The notes: generated by a model not told the origin, from the sequence alone. A stretch of 64,000 nucleotides of DNA from Acidobacteriota bacterium (GCA_965205505.1 CBDBHB010000009.1:768001-832000), one strand, 5' to 3'; positions 50,702 to 60,418 are shown, counted from the stretch's first letter. A program made the numbers and translations.

Positions 50702-50864
50702 ATCGATCTGACCGCCCGGTCCGGGCGACTGCGAAGGTCACTACGAGCTTCGAGCTCGGCAGCTAGATTGCAGCGCCTCGAATCGGGACGGACCCCAGAA
50801 TGCACCGGACGACCTGAATCCTCGTCCACCAGAGTGCGAATAGGAGCATGGCGTGCAGATCGAT
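50702..50864 (+). ncRNA. Candidate bridge/seek RNA of the IS110 element
   Basis: Closing stem ATCGATCTG/CAGATCGAT; arm GGTCCG/CGGACC; internal loop flanked by CTGCGA/TTGCAG and CGAGCT/AGCTCG; second arm GCAC/GTGC and GGACGA/TCGTCC. The loop strands match the insertion site. Confidence 0.72.
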
Positions 50865-50897
50865 TCTTCGCTGGGCACCACATTGCCCTTGACCGAA

Positions 50898-51470
50898 CTA
50901 CGCCTTCTCATAGAAGTGGCCTCTGAGAAGTTCCATCGGGTCGCTGCGTAGGGCTCGCCAGGCGGGGACCGCACAGGCAAGAACCGCCATTCCGACCAGC
51001 ACCAGCAACGCCAACAGGTAGGTGAGCGCGTCGAGCGGACCGACGCCGAAGAGAGCGCCGCGCGCCAGATTCGACCCGAGCGTTGCAATCGAAATTCCGA
51101 CGATCAGGCCCAAGCCGAGTCGCTTCGCCCATGGCGACAGGGCACCGCGCAGCAGGTCGTGCCGACCCGCACCGAGTGCTCTGCGGATGCCGAACTCGCC
51201 CATCCTACGGCCCACCGAGATAGAGACCACGGCGTAGGTACCGACTGCCGCCAGCAGGTAGGCGACGACCGCGAAGGCGGTCATCAGCTGGGTGGCGAAA
51301 CGCGGCCGCGCGATTCGCAGATCGAGCATTCGCCGCATCGTACGGGAATCTACCGGCAAGCCAACGAAATGTCGCCGGATCTCGTCGCGTGCGCTGGCGA
51401 CATAGTCGATAGGCGAGCCACTGACTCGCAGGATAGTGCTGGTCCACGCGTTGGTTCCGTATCCCGCGCT
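50898..51470 (-). pseudogene. C-terminal fragment of an ADOP/FtsX-like permease
   Basis: RFATQLMTAF...EFGIRRALGA...ACAVPAWRALRSDPMELLR; the N-terminal bulk of the gene is absent and the 5' limit is approximate. Confidence 0.75.
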
Positions 51471-51698
51471 GACGCCCTGCGCGGGTGTCGAAGTCGCCGA
51501 ACGCCGTGGCGTACATCCGTCAGCAAGGAGGCGAATCGCATGGGCCTCGACCAAGGGTACAGTGGGACCGAGCTCCCGACCTCAATACGCCCGGGCGCAT
51601 CGCTTGAACTCTATAGCAGTGCTCGGCACCATAGCCCATCTGGGCACACGCCCCGCCCGTTGGTGGCGTGTCTTCCCGCCCCTGGTGAGGAGTTGATC

Positions 51699-53216
51699 AT
51701 GCGTCGTTCCGTGTCCCGAATCACCCTCGTGGTCGTGGCGATTGCAGCCGTCGCCTGCGCGCCGTCAATCGACCCACCAAGCGCCGTCAACGGCGTTCGC
51801 GAGATCGATCTCGACGTACTACGCGACAAGGTGCGCGGTGGTTGGGCTGGCCAGATGATCGGCGTCAGCTACGGGGCACCGACGGAGTTCCGCTACCTGG
51901 AGAGGCTCATTCCCGAGGCCGACCTGCCGGAGTGGATCCCGGAGATGGTGCGCGGTGCGCTCGATCAGGACGACCTATACGTGGAGATGACCTTCGCGCA
52001 GGTGCTCGACGAGGTCGGCCTCGACGCCACCGCCGACGACTTCGGCGCCATGTTCCGCAAGGCCGACTACCGGCTGTGGCACGCCAACGACATCGACTTC
52101 CAGATCGAAGCCGACTTCGTCGGCCTGATGACCCCCGGAATGCCGAACGCGGGAATCGACCTGTGCTGGCGCGCCGGCCAGGTGATGAACTACGGCGACG
52201 GCATCTACGGCGGCATGTTCGTTACCGGTATGTACTCCGCGGCGTTCTTCGAGACGGACGCGCGCGCCGTCGTCGAGGCCGGCCTGGCGACGTTGCCGGC
52301 CGGAAGCCCCTACGCCATGGTGATCTCCGACGTGTTGGCCTGGTCTCGGGAGCATCCCGGCGACTGGGAAGCCGTCTGGCAGCTGATCGAGGACAAGTGG
52401 AACGATCGCGAGCCCTGCCCGGCGGGCGCCATGCGCGCGTTCAATATCGACGCCAAGCTCAACGGCGCCTACATCGCGCTCGGGCTGCTGTACGGTGAAG
52501 GCGACCTCGATCGCACCCTCGATGTCTCCACCCGCGCCGGCCAGGACTCTGACTGCAACCCGTCGAACGCACTCGGGGTTCTCGGCGTCATGCTCGGGTA
52601 CGATGCGCTGCCGACGCGCTGGACCAGTGGCATCCCCGCCATCGCCGATGAGAAGTTCTCGTACACCGAGTTTTCCTTCAACGGCATCATCGACAGCACC
52701 ATTGAGCGCGCCATCGCCATGGCCGAGCGTCACGGCGGTGGCGTGGAGGAGGGCGTATTACGGGTGCCGATGCAAGAGGCTGAGGCCGCCGAGCTCGTCG
52801 TCTGGGACGACTACGGGAGCCCGGTTGAACGCGTCAACACCGACGACGCGCGGTTCAGCTTCAACGAGGCGTGGCAGCGCGATGTACGTCAGTCCTGGCG
52901 TGCTGGCGACCGCCCGTTTCGTGTGTCGGCCGAGCAGGGAGCCGAGATGACGGTGACCTTCGAGGGCACCGGCGCCATCCTCGTCGGCCCCTGGCTGCCG
53001 GACGGCGGCATGGCCGACGTATATCTCGACGACGAGCCGGTGCGCACCATCGACGTGTATTCCGACGAGGTTGACGCCAAGGGGTCCGAGACCGTCTGGC
53101 ACGCCTTCGGGCTCGAGGACGCCGGCCACACGGTGCGGCTCGTAGTGCGCGGCGAGCCTTACGGCGAGTCCGCCGGAGCCCAAGTGGTGATCGAGGACCT
53201 CGTGATCTTCCGATGA
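51699..53216 (+). CDS. ADP-ribosylglycohydrolase-family lipoprotein with C-terminal beta-sandwich domain
   Basis: SD GAGGAG, lipobox, DKVRGGWAGQMIG, DQDDLYVE and GQDSDCN motifs; probable internal in-frame deletion at 52080-52088. Confidence 0.85.
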   Translation: MRRSVSRITLVVVAIAAVACAPSIDPPSAVNGVREIDLDVLRDKVRGGWAGQMIGVSYGAPTEFRYLERLIPEADLPEWIPEMVRGALDQDDLYVEMTFAQVLDEVGLDATADDFGAMFRKADYRLWHANDIDFQIEADFVGLMTPGMPNAGIDLCWRAGQVMNYGDGIYGGMFVTGMYSAAFFETDARAVVEAGLATLPAGSPYAMVISDVLAWSREHPGDWEAVWQLIEDKWNDREPCPAGAMRAFNIDAKLNGAYIALGLLYGEGDLDRTLDVSTRAGQDSDCNPSNALGVLGVMLGYDALPTRWTSGIPAIADEKFSYTEFSFNGIIDSTIERAIAMAERHGGGVEEGVLRVPMQEAEAAELVVWDDYGSPVERVNTDDARFSFNEAWQRDVRQSWRAGDRPFRVSAEQGAEMTVTFEGTGAILVGPWLPDGGMADVYLDDEPVRTIDVYSDEVDAKGSETVWHAFGLEDAGHTVRLVVRGEPYGESAGAQVVIEDLVIFR

Positions 53217-53346
53217 AGCACCGCACCGTTCTGTCGACGACATGCCTGCTGGCGCTGCTGACCGTCTCGTCGACTAGCCGGTTGCGACGGACCATCCACG
53301 AGCATTCGATGATCGACACGGCAGACGTGAGTCCGGAGACTGAGGC

Positions 53347-53829
53347 ATGAGGTTTGGTCGTTGGATGCGAAATCGTCCTCGCGCGCTCGAGTGGTCGTAT
53401 CGGCTGATGCTGGCGCTCATGAAGCCGGCTCGCGGCCTGGCCTCGGGCGGCGAGCTGCGCTGGCTCGATCGGCTGCTGCGCCCGGTGGAGCGCCTGAGCA
53501 AGGGGCTGGTGTTCGACTGCCGCATGTGCGGTCAGTGCGTGCTGCACTCCACCGGCATGACCTGCCCGATGAGCTGCCCGAAGAACTTGCGCAACGGCCC
53601 CTGCGGCGGCGTGCGGCTCAACGGTAACTGCGAGGTACTGCCCGACGAGCCCTGCGTATGGGTCGAGGCCTGGGAGCGCTCGAAGAAGATGAGCCACTAC
53701 GGCCCCGCCATCCACGAGCTGCGCCCACCTCTGGACTGGGCCCGGCAGGGGAGCGCTGCTTGGGTCAACGAGATGAAGGGGATGGGCGAGCCCGAGCCTG
53801 AGGGCTGGTCGACCGGAGCAGATCAATGA
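53347..53829 (+). CDS. MTHFR C-terminal domain / MetV-like Cys-rich protein
   Basis: CRMCGQC...CPMSCPKNLRNGPCGG...CE...CVW; adjacent to metF. Confidence 0.88.
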   Translation: MRFGRWMRNRPRALEWSYRLMLALMKPARGLASGGELRWLDRLLRPVERLSKGLVFDCRMCGQCVLHSTGMTCPMSCPKNLRNGPCGGVRLNGNCEVLPDEPCVWVEAWERSKKMSHYGPAIHELRPPLDWARQGSAAWVNEMKGMGEPEPEGWSTGADQ

Positions 53830-53839
53830 GTACCGGACA

Positions 53840-54769
53840 ATGAGCCCCTCGAGGTTCGAAGAACGCCTTCGGTCTGGCAAGTTCTGCGTCACCGCCGAGC
53901 TGAGCCCGCGTGACAGCGCCGATCCCGAGGTCATCCTGGCGCCGGCCCGCACGCTCGCCGCGGTCGTCGACGCCATCAACGTGCCCGATTCCACCGGCGC
54001 CAATGTGCACATGTCGCCGCTGGCCTGCTCGATCATGCTGCACCATGCCGGTATGGAGCCGATCATGCAGCTGGGCTGCCGCGATCGGAACCGCATCGGC
54101 CTGCAGGGTGACCTGCTTGGAGCGGCGGCCAGCGGCATCCGTAACGTCTTCCTGATCACCGGTGATGACACCAGCGTCGGCAATCAGCCGGACGCCAAGC
54201 GCGTGTTCGACCTCGACTCGGCGCAGCTGCTGCACACCGCCGAGATGATGTGCGACCAGGGGCAGTTCCTGAACGCTACTCGGCTCGATCCGCCACCGAG
54301 CTTCTTCATCGGCGCCGCCGCCAACCCGTTCGTTCCTCCCTACGACTGGCGCCCGCACCGCCTCGGCAAGAAGGTCGAGGCCGGCGCGCGCTTCATTCAG
54401 ACGCAGTTCTGCTTCGACGTTCCGCGCTTCGTGAGCTTCATGGAGCGAGTGCGCGATCTCGGTCTGCACGAGCGCGCCTTCATTCTGATCGGGGTGGGGC
54501 CATTGCCCTCGGCGCGAGTGGCGGACGTCATCCGCACCCGGGTTCCCGGCGTGGTGATCCCGGATGCCATCGTCGACCGCATGGCCGGTGTGCCCGGAGC
54601 GGTTCAGGGAGAGGAGGGCATTAGGATCTGTCTGGAGATCATCGAACAGGTCCGACAGATCGAGGGGATTGCCGGGGTTCACCTGATGGCACACCGGCGC
54701 GAAGATCTGGTTGCCGAGGTTGTGCGTAGAGCCGGCTTGCACGATGAGCCGGTGCAGGACGCCGGCTGA
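53840..54769 (+). CDS. metF: Methylenetetrahydrofolate reductase
   Basis: VTAELSP, DAINVPD, CRDRNRIGLQGDL, ITGD, KVEAGARFIQTQ and GVHLMA motifs. Confidence 0.92.
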   Translation: MSPSRFEERLRSGKFCVTAELSPRDSADPEVILAPARTLAAVVDAINVPDSTGANVHMSPLACSIMLHHAGMEPIMQLGCRDRNRIGLQGDLLGAAASGIRNVFLITGDDTSVGNQPDAKRVFDLDSAQLLHTAEMMCDQGQFLNATRLDPPPSFFIGAAANPFVPPYDWRPHRLGKKVEAGARFIQTQFCFDVPRFVSFMERVRDLGLHERAFILIGVGPLPSARVADVIRTRVPGVVIPDAIVDRMAGVPGAVQGEEGIRICLEIIEQVRQIEGIAGVHLMAHRREDLVAEVVRRAGLHDEPVQDAG

Positions 54770-54788
54770 CAACAAGAACGAGGAGCGT

Positions 54789-55700
54789 ATGGCCGCGAAG
54801 ATCGTCGTCGTCGGAAGCTTCAACACCGATCTGACCGCCTATGTGCAGCGCATGCCGCGGCCGGGTGAGACGGTTGCGGGCGATCGTTTCGTCACCGGTC
54901 CGGGCGGCAAGGGGTCGAACCAGGCCGTTGCGGCGGCGCGGCTGGGGGCCGAGGTCACCTTCGTGGGGCGGATCGGCGACGACGTGTTCGCCCCGGTGGG
55001 GCTCGATCTGTGGCGCGCCGAGGGCATCAACACCGACCATGTGGTGCAGGATCCGGATGTCGCCACCGGCGTGGCGCCGATCGTGGTTGACTCAACCGGC
55101 GAGAACAGCATCTGCGTGATCTTGGGGGCGAACCTACGGATCAGCCTGGACGATATCGATGCGGTGGCGGAGGCTATTGCCAGCGCCGATGTCCTGCTGA
55201 CGCAGCTGGAAACCAATCACGACGCCGTTGTCCGCGCGCTGCAGCTGGCGCGCAGCAGCGGCGTGCGGACGATCCTCAACCCGGCTCCGGCGAGCGTGTT
55301 GCCACCCGGGATGCTGGCACTCGCTGACTACCTAACCCCCAACGAGACCGAGCTGGAGGTCATCAGCGGTCTCCAAGGAGGCTCCCTCGACGACGCCATC
55401 GCTGCCGTTCGGATCGACGACCAGCAGGTGGTGGTGGTGACACTCGGCTCCAAGGGAGCGCGCTTCGTGCAGCGCGCCGATGAGGGGTTCGTCGGCGGGT
55501 TCGAGGTCGACGTGGTCGATACCACCGGCGCCGGCGATGCCTTCAACGCCGGGCTGGCCGTTGCCCTGGCCGAGGGCAACGCGCTGCCGGACTCGATTCG
55601 CTTCGCCAACGCCGCGGCGGCGCTCAGCGTCACCAAGCCGGGGACCGCAGCGTCGATGCCGAGGCGCCGAGAGGTAGAGTCGTTGCTGGAGACTGCGTAG
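54789..55700 (+). CDS. rbsK: Ribokinase
   Basis: GSFNTD, GGKGSNQA, PNETE and DTTGAGDAF motifs. Confidence 0.92.
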   Translation: MAAKIVVVGSFNTDLTAYVQRMPRPGETVAGDRFVTGPGGKGSNQAVAAARLGAEVTFVGRIGDDVFAPVGLDLWRAEGINTDHVVQDPDVATGVAPIVVDSTGENSICVILGANLRISLDDIDAVAEAIASADVLLTQLETNHDAVVRALQLARSSGVRTILNPAPASVLPPGMLALADYLTPNETELEVISGLQGGSLDDAIAAVRIDDQQVVVVTLGSKGARFVQRADEGFVGGFEVDVVDTTGAGDAFNAGLAVALAEGNALPDSIRFANAAAALSVTKPGTAASMPRRREVESLLETA

Positions 55701-55708
55701 CGGCGGCC

Positions 55709-56244
55709 ATGGCCGACTCGCGGAACATCCTCGTCGTGTGCTATGGCAACCTCTGTCGCAGCCCCATGGCGGAGGGGCTGTTGCGCGATCGGTTGCCCCT
55801 CGAGTACGAGGTTCGTTCGGCCGGCACGCACGCTTACGGTGGCGACCCGCCTATGGGCACCGCGCGCGAGGTCATGCAGCGCGAAGCGGGCATCAGCGCT
55901 CGCGTAGGCTCGACGTGGAGATCATCGAGTGGGCCGGCCACATTTTCACGATGTCGGCGCAGCAGGCTCAGCTCGTTGCGGCGCTCGATACTCGCGCCAG
56001 CGATCGGACGCGTCTGTTCGGGGCGTTCGCCCCGGACACGAGCTGCAGTGGAATGAGCGCTGATCCGGGTGGTGGCGCAGCGAGCTTGCTCGAAGTAACT
56101 GATCCGATGGGCGGTAGCTACGGCGAGTACCTCACGTGCATGCGGCGGTTGGAAGAGGCGACGGAGCGTTGTGTGGCGTGGCTGGTGGCGGGCGCCGATC
56201 CAGCAGCCGGACCGCCCTTGGCCCGCTCGAGAGCGGGCGAGTAG
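55709..56244 (+). pseudogene. Low-molecular-weight protein tyrosine phosphatase, frameshifted near 55900
   Basis: VCYGNLCRSPMAE P-loop and VRSAG in one frame; IFTM...EVTDPMGG in another. Confidence 0.82.
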
Positions 56245-56280
56245 ATGTCGGTCGGCTGGCGCTTCCTCTTCCTGCGTGAG

Positions 56281-57528
56281 TCAGAGATCGCCAGCATTCC
56301 CGACCGCTTCACCGCCAGCGGCTACTTCCGCGGATCGCTGCAGCCTTCCGTGGATTGGCCGCGCCCGGAGGCCTCCGCTTCGTTCTGGACCGACTCGCCT
56401 TGCCGAGGCTGCACGCCCACCGACTAGCGCCCGGATCCCGTGTACCAACAGCCGTGGGCGTCGTCGGAGCAGGTGCCAGAGCAGCCGCACAGTGTCGTCG
56501 CGGCTGTAGCGCGCCAGCGAGCCGCGTGCCGTAGCGTCGAGCTCTTCCAGCAGCACCCGGTAGTCGGTCTCGTCGAAGCAACTGAGCACCGTGCGAATGA
56601 GGCGATGCAATCCGAGCTCGACACGTAACCCGGGCAACGCACGCCGGCTGCCTCCGAGGATCGCGTCGGCCACGCCCTGCGCCCCCCACAGGCCGTTGAC
56701 CACGCCGCCGACGGTCGTCACCTTCGCCTGTCCAGCCGCATCGCCAACCAGGTAGACGTAACCGGGGCCGAATCGGCGCCGCGGTGGGATCCAGCGCCGG
56801 TACTCCGGGATCCGCGCCCCCTGATATCCCAATACCTCGAGCTCCTGGCGGCCGGCGAAGCGGTCGAGCGCGGCGCGGGAGTTGATCCTCTCGGTACCAA
56901 TGATCCCCAACGCTCCGAGGCTCTCTGACTCCGGTATCAGCCAGTAGAAATACGGCGTGTCGGCAGGTACGAAGCAGACGCGCGCCGTTTGCGGCGACAG
57001 CTCACGGGGCCATCGCACGATCGCCTGCACCAGCGGTACCAGCGGCTGCCGGGGCCACCCGGCTTCGCGCGCGACCGTGCTGACCGCGCCATCGGCACCG
57101 ATCACCGAGCCCACGCAGACATTGACTTCGCCGTTGTTGCGGAACCTCAGATCCAACCCGCGATCGGTGGCCACAATGCGCTCGAGCCGATGACCGAAGA
57201 CAATTTGGGCCCCGGCATCGGAGGCGGCACGGGCCAGCTCCCGCACCAGAACAGCGCGCTCGATGATCAGGTCCGGGCGGTCGATGGGGACCTCGAGCAC
57301 CTGACCACCGGCGTGCAGCTCGAAGCGGTCGACCTCGTTGCGCACCGCGGGCTCGACTCGGTCACCGAGCAGGTCGCGGATCGCTCCGGTGACGATCAAG
57401 CAGCGCGGTACCGGATCGAACCGGGGACTGGACTCGTACACGCGCACGTCGCGCCCGCCGCGTGCGAGCAACCAGGCGGCGTGCAGGCCTGCAACCGAGG
57501 CACCGATGACACCAATCGAGTCAGACAC
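56281..57528 (-). CDS. FAD-dependent oxidoreductase, geranylgeranyl reductase-like
   Basis: VIGASVAG, IGADG, YWLIP and LVGDAAGQAK...GGV motifs. Confidence 0.85.
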   Translation of the reverse strand: MSDSIGVIGASVAGLHAAWLLARGGRDVRVYESSPRFDPVPRCLIVTGAIRDLLGDRVEPAVRNEVDRFELHAGGQVLEVPIDRPDLIIERAVLVRELARAASDAGAQIVFGHRLERIVATDRGLDLRFRNNGEVNVCVGSVIGADGAVSTVAREAGWPRQPLVPLVQAIVRWPRELSPQTARVCFVPADTPYFYWLIPESESLGALGIIGTERINSRAALDRFAGRQELEVLGYQGARIPEYRRWIPPRRRFGPGYVYLVGDAAGQAKVTTVGGVVNGLWGAQGVADAILGGSRRALPGLRVELGLHRLIRTVLSCFDETDYRVLLEELDATARGSLARYSRDDTVRLLWHLLRRRPRLLVHGIRALVGGRAASARRVGPERSGGLRARPIHGRLQRSAEVAAGGEAVGNAGDL

Positions 57529-57664
57529 GTTCGATCGCAGCGGCAAAGACGGGTACGACGGGACAAAAGCGTGGGCCCGAGCCAGAGCCGGGCCATTATA
57601 TCCAGCGGCCCGTGTCCACGCCCCCGCGGAGGCGGCGCCGGCGGCCGCAGATGGAGGCAGGATC

Positions 57665-58876
57665 TCAGCCGCGCCAGTCGCCCTGGGCCACCGGGCCCGG
57701 GTTGTCGTTCCGGAACGAGCTGAACACCAGCCCCCGTACCGGGTCGCGGCGCACCAGATCGGCCTCCCCGTGCGATGAGCGATCGTCCCACTGCCGGGCG
57801 ACGAACAGCTCGACCGCCGCGTCGGCGAGCTGCGGCCGGTAGTCGCGTTCCAGTTGCTCGTGCAACCCTGCCATGCCGGAGCCGTCGAGGTAGCTCTGCA
57901 GGTATCCCGTACCCCGGTGCATAGGCCACAGGTCGTGCCACATCGACGGGCAGCGCGACGAGCTCTGGTTGATGATCAGCTGATCGATGAGGCCTTCGGA
58001 CACCCATGTGCGCCACTGTAGCGTCGCGTTGCCGAGCGGCGGCCCGATGACATCGCCGCGAGGTGCGCCCACAGCCAGCCGCAGCCCGCGGTGGGTGAGC
58101 GCTTCGCGCAGCTGGCGCAACAGCATGGTGAAGTAGTCGCCGCACAGATCGCGCCAGGCCTGCAGGCCCGGATCCGTGCTCAACGTTTCGCGGTCGGTAG
58201 GGATAACCGGGAGGCTCTCGAGCGGGTGCCCACACCGGGCACTGTAGTCGCGCCGTATGGGCTCGTTGAAGCCATACTGATCGCCAAACGCCGCCGACCG
58301 CGATTGCGAGCGCAGGCACACGAACATGCGGTCGAAGTCGCCGTGTCCGAGCAATTCCACGAAGCGTTCCACCAGATGCTCGCGCACCTCGGGATAGGCC
58401 AGGCACAGCACCCCGAGCTGCGGGTTGCCGTCGCGGTCGATGACGAGCAGGTGCGGACGGTCGCGTGCGAAGCTCGTTTGCCAGGCGACGTGCTGGCAAT
58501 GCATCGCATTGTGGTAGCTGCGCTGGCGCTCGGCGGCCGTGGCCAGCGGCCAGCCGTCGTCGAAGACCGACGCATACAGGTAGGCATGTAGCCCGGCCGC
58601 GTGCGCCAACCGCGGAGCCGTTTCCAGATCATCCCAGTCGACCCCGTGAGCAGCTCGGAGGGTCGGATGCTGGTAGCCGGGGGCGGCGAAGAACTCCGAC
58701 GCAAGATGGGTTCGCAGCAGTCGCCAGTGGATCGTGCCAGCGCCGAGTTGGTCGCGCCAGGCATCGAGCCGGCGCGCCAGGGCATCGGGCGTCAGCAGGC
58801 CCCCGTCGCCCTCGCCGAAGCTCAGATGGTCAGGCCAGGAGACGCTGGCGATGTTGCCCCCGACACTTCCACTCAA
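57665..58876 (-). CDS. Hypothetical protein, glycoside-hydrolase-like TIM barrel
   Basis: AHAAGLHAYLY, LCLAYPEVREH, FDRMF, YGFNEP and WRTWVSEGLID resemble GHL10-type proteins. Confidence 0.6.
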   Translation of the reverse strand: MSGSVGGNIASVSWPDHLSFGEGDGGLLTPDALARRLDAWRDQLGAGTIHWRLLRTHLASEFFAAPGYQHPTLRAAHGVDWDDLETAPRLAHAAGLHAYLYASVFDDGWPLATAAERQRSYHNAMHCQHVAWQTSFARDRPHLLVIDRDGNPQLGVLCLAYPEVREHLVERFVELLGHGDFDRMFVCLRSQSRSAAFGDQYGFNEPIRRDYSARCGHPLESLPVIPTDRETLSTDPGLQAWRDLCGDYFTMLLRQLREALTHRGLRLAVGAPRGDVIGPPLGNATLQWRTWVSEGLIDQLIINQSSSRCPSMWHDLWPMHRGTGYLQSYLDGSGMAGLHEQLERDYRPQLADAAVELFVARQWDDRSSHGEADLVRRDPVRGLVFSSFRNDNPGPVAQGDWRG

Positions 58877-58879
58877 TCC

Positions 58880-60415
58880 TCACCGGCCCTCGAGACCCAC
58901 GCTGTGCAGAACCGTCTTGAGGATGATGACGATGTCCAGCGGGATGGACTGATGCTTGATGTAGTACAGGTCGTACTGCAGCTTGCGCAGGGCGTCGGCC
59001 ACGGAGGAGCCGTAGCCGCAGTTCACCAGCGCCCAGCCCGCCATTCCCGGCTTGACCGCGTGCCGAACTGCGTAGAAGGGAATGTCGGCCGCCAGCTGCT
59101 CGAGGAACTCCGGCCGTTCGGGGCGCGGCCCGACGGCGCTCATCTCGCCGCGCAAGATGTTGACGAACTGCGGGAACTCGTCCACGTGCGTGGCGCGCAG
59201 GGCCTTGCCCACCCTGGTGACCCGCGGGTCGCCGGCCCGCGACCAAACCGCGTCGCCCTCCTCGGCATCGCGCCGCATCGAGCGAAACGTGAAGACCCGG
59301 AACACGCGGCCTCCCTTGCCGATTCGGGCCTGCGTGTAGAAGATCGGGCCGGGCGACTCGAGCTGGATCGCCAGCGCGATAAGCGGCACGAACGGCGCCA
59401 GCAGCAGTACACCGAAGCTGGCCATGAGAATGTCGAACCCACGCTTGAGCATCGGTTGCAGGGTGCCCGTGCCAGGGTGTTCGAGCGGCATCGCTAGATG
59501 CCAGTCGCCGCCAACGTGCTCCACCGGAACCCGGCCGGTCAAGCGCTCGTACAGACTGCTCATCGGCACGATCTCCACGCCAAGCTCCAGGCAGTCCGTA
59601 AGGATCCGGAACAGCTCGGGATCTAGCTCATCGGTAACCGCCAAGACCAGAGTCCGAATCCCGTGTCGCCGGACCAACGACTTGAGATCGTTCCGTGTAC
59701 CGAGCACGCGAGAGGCCTGCGCATCGATCGGGGCCACGTGCGCCCCGCCGAGCCCGGTGACCGGGGTCGGCACCCGTCGGCCCAGCATCTCCGGATCGTC
59801 GTCGACGAAGCCCACGATGCGATGGGTCCCGTCGTCGCTCTCGAGCAGTACCTGGGCGATTGTCTGCCCTGCCCACCCAGCACCGACGATCAACGCCGGG
59901 CGCCGGAAGACAGCCCGACCGAGCGTCAGAACGTACAAGCCGCGCGCTGCCAACAGCAGGCCGAGGGTGGTGCCGAACAGGATCAGCCAGTAGCGGCGCG
60001 ACGGGGGCAGCGTCGGGGTCAGATACGGAATTGCCACGTACAGCAGCAGCACCACCACGACGCTCTTGAGCGCTGCGGCGGCCGACCGCAGATACCGTCT
60101 GGCGATCTGCAACCGGTACGCATCGAAGGCCTGTGCAACGATCAGCCAGAGCGCCGTCGGAACCAGGAACCACAGCGGTCGTAACCACAACAGGGCGCCG
60201 AACGGTGCACTAGCCGAAAGCCCGAGTCCTGCTATGTCGCGCGTTTGCAGGTATAGAAGCAACGCTGTGTTCAGCGCGATCAGATCCACCGCCACCAGGA
60301 GCAGCCGCCGCTCGGTACGATGCAGGCCGAATTTTGACACGCGCGGTGCAGGCGCGGGATGTGTGGATCCGGTCCGGTCGTGGGTCACATCGTCAGCAAT
60401 GCGCTCGGTAGGCAT
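58880..60415 (-). CDS. Polyprenyl-phosphate sugar-1-phosphate transferase (WcaJ-like)
   Basis: KRGFDI, FRSM, DPRVTRVG, DEFPQF-x-NILRGEMSAVGPRPE and KLQYDLYYI motifs. Confidence 0.93.
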   Translation of the reverse strand: MPTERIADDVTHDRTGSTHPAPAPRVSKFGLHRTERRLLLVAVDLIALNTALLLYLQTRDIAGLGLSASAPFGALLWLRPLWFLVPTALWLIVAQAFDAYRLQIARRYLRSAAAALKSVVVVLLLYVAIPYLTPTLPPSRRYWLILFGTTLGLLLAARGLYVLTLGRAVFRRPALIVGAGWAGQTIAQVLLESDDGTHRIVGFVDDDPEMLGRRVPTPVTGLGGAHVAPIDAQASRVLGTRNDLKSLVRRHGIRTLVLAVTDELDPELFRILTDCLELGVEIVPMSSLYERLTGRVPVEHVGGDWHLAMPLEHPGTGTLQPMLKRGFDILMASFGVLLLAPFVPLIALAIQLESPGPIFYTQARIGKGGRVFRVFTFRSMRRDAEEGDAVWSRAGDPRVTRVGKALRATHVDEFPQFVNILRGEMSAVGPRPERPEFLEQLAADIPFYAVRHAVKPGMAGWALVNCGYGSSVADALRKLQYDLYYIKHQSIPLDIVIILKTVLHSVGLEGR

Positions 60416-60418
60416 CGC

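Larger units (their letters stand above)
49509..50914 (+). mobile_element. IS110-family insertion sequence, IS1111-type
   Basis: Sub-terminal IR ATGAGAAGGC (49517-49526) / GCCTTCTCAT (50902-50911), TAGA at both ends, a DEDD recombinase, a long 3' non-coding region and TTGACC near the right end. Confidence 0.88.

Noticed and set aside
56245-56427. 60-aa ORF after the LMW-PTP
   Set aside because: It overlaps the 3' end of the opposite-strand reductase and has no recognisable motif.
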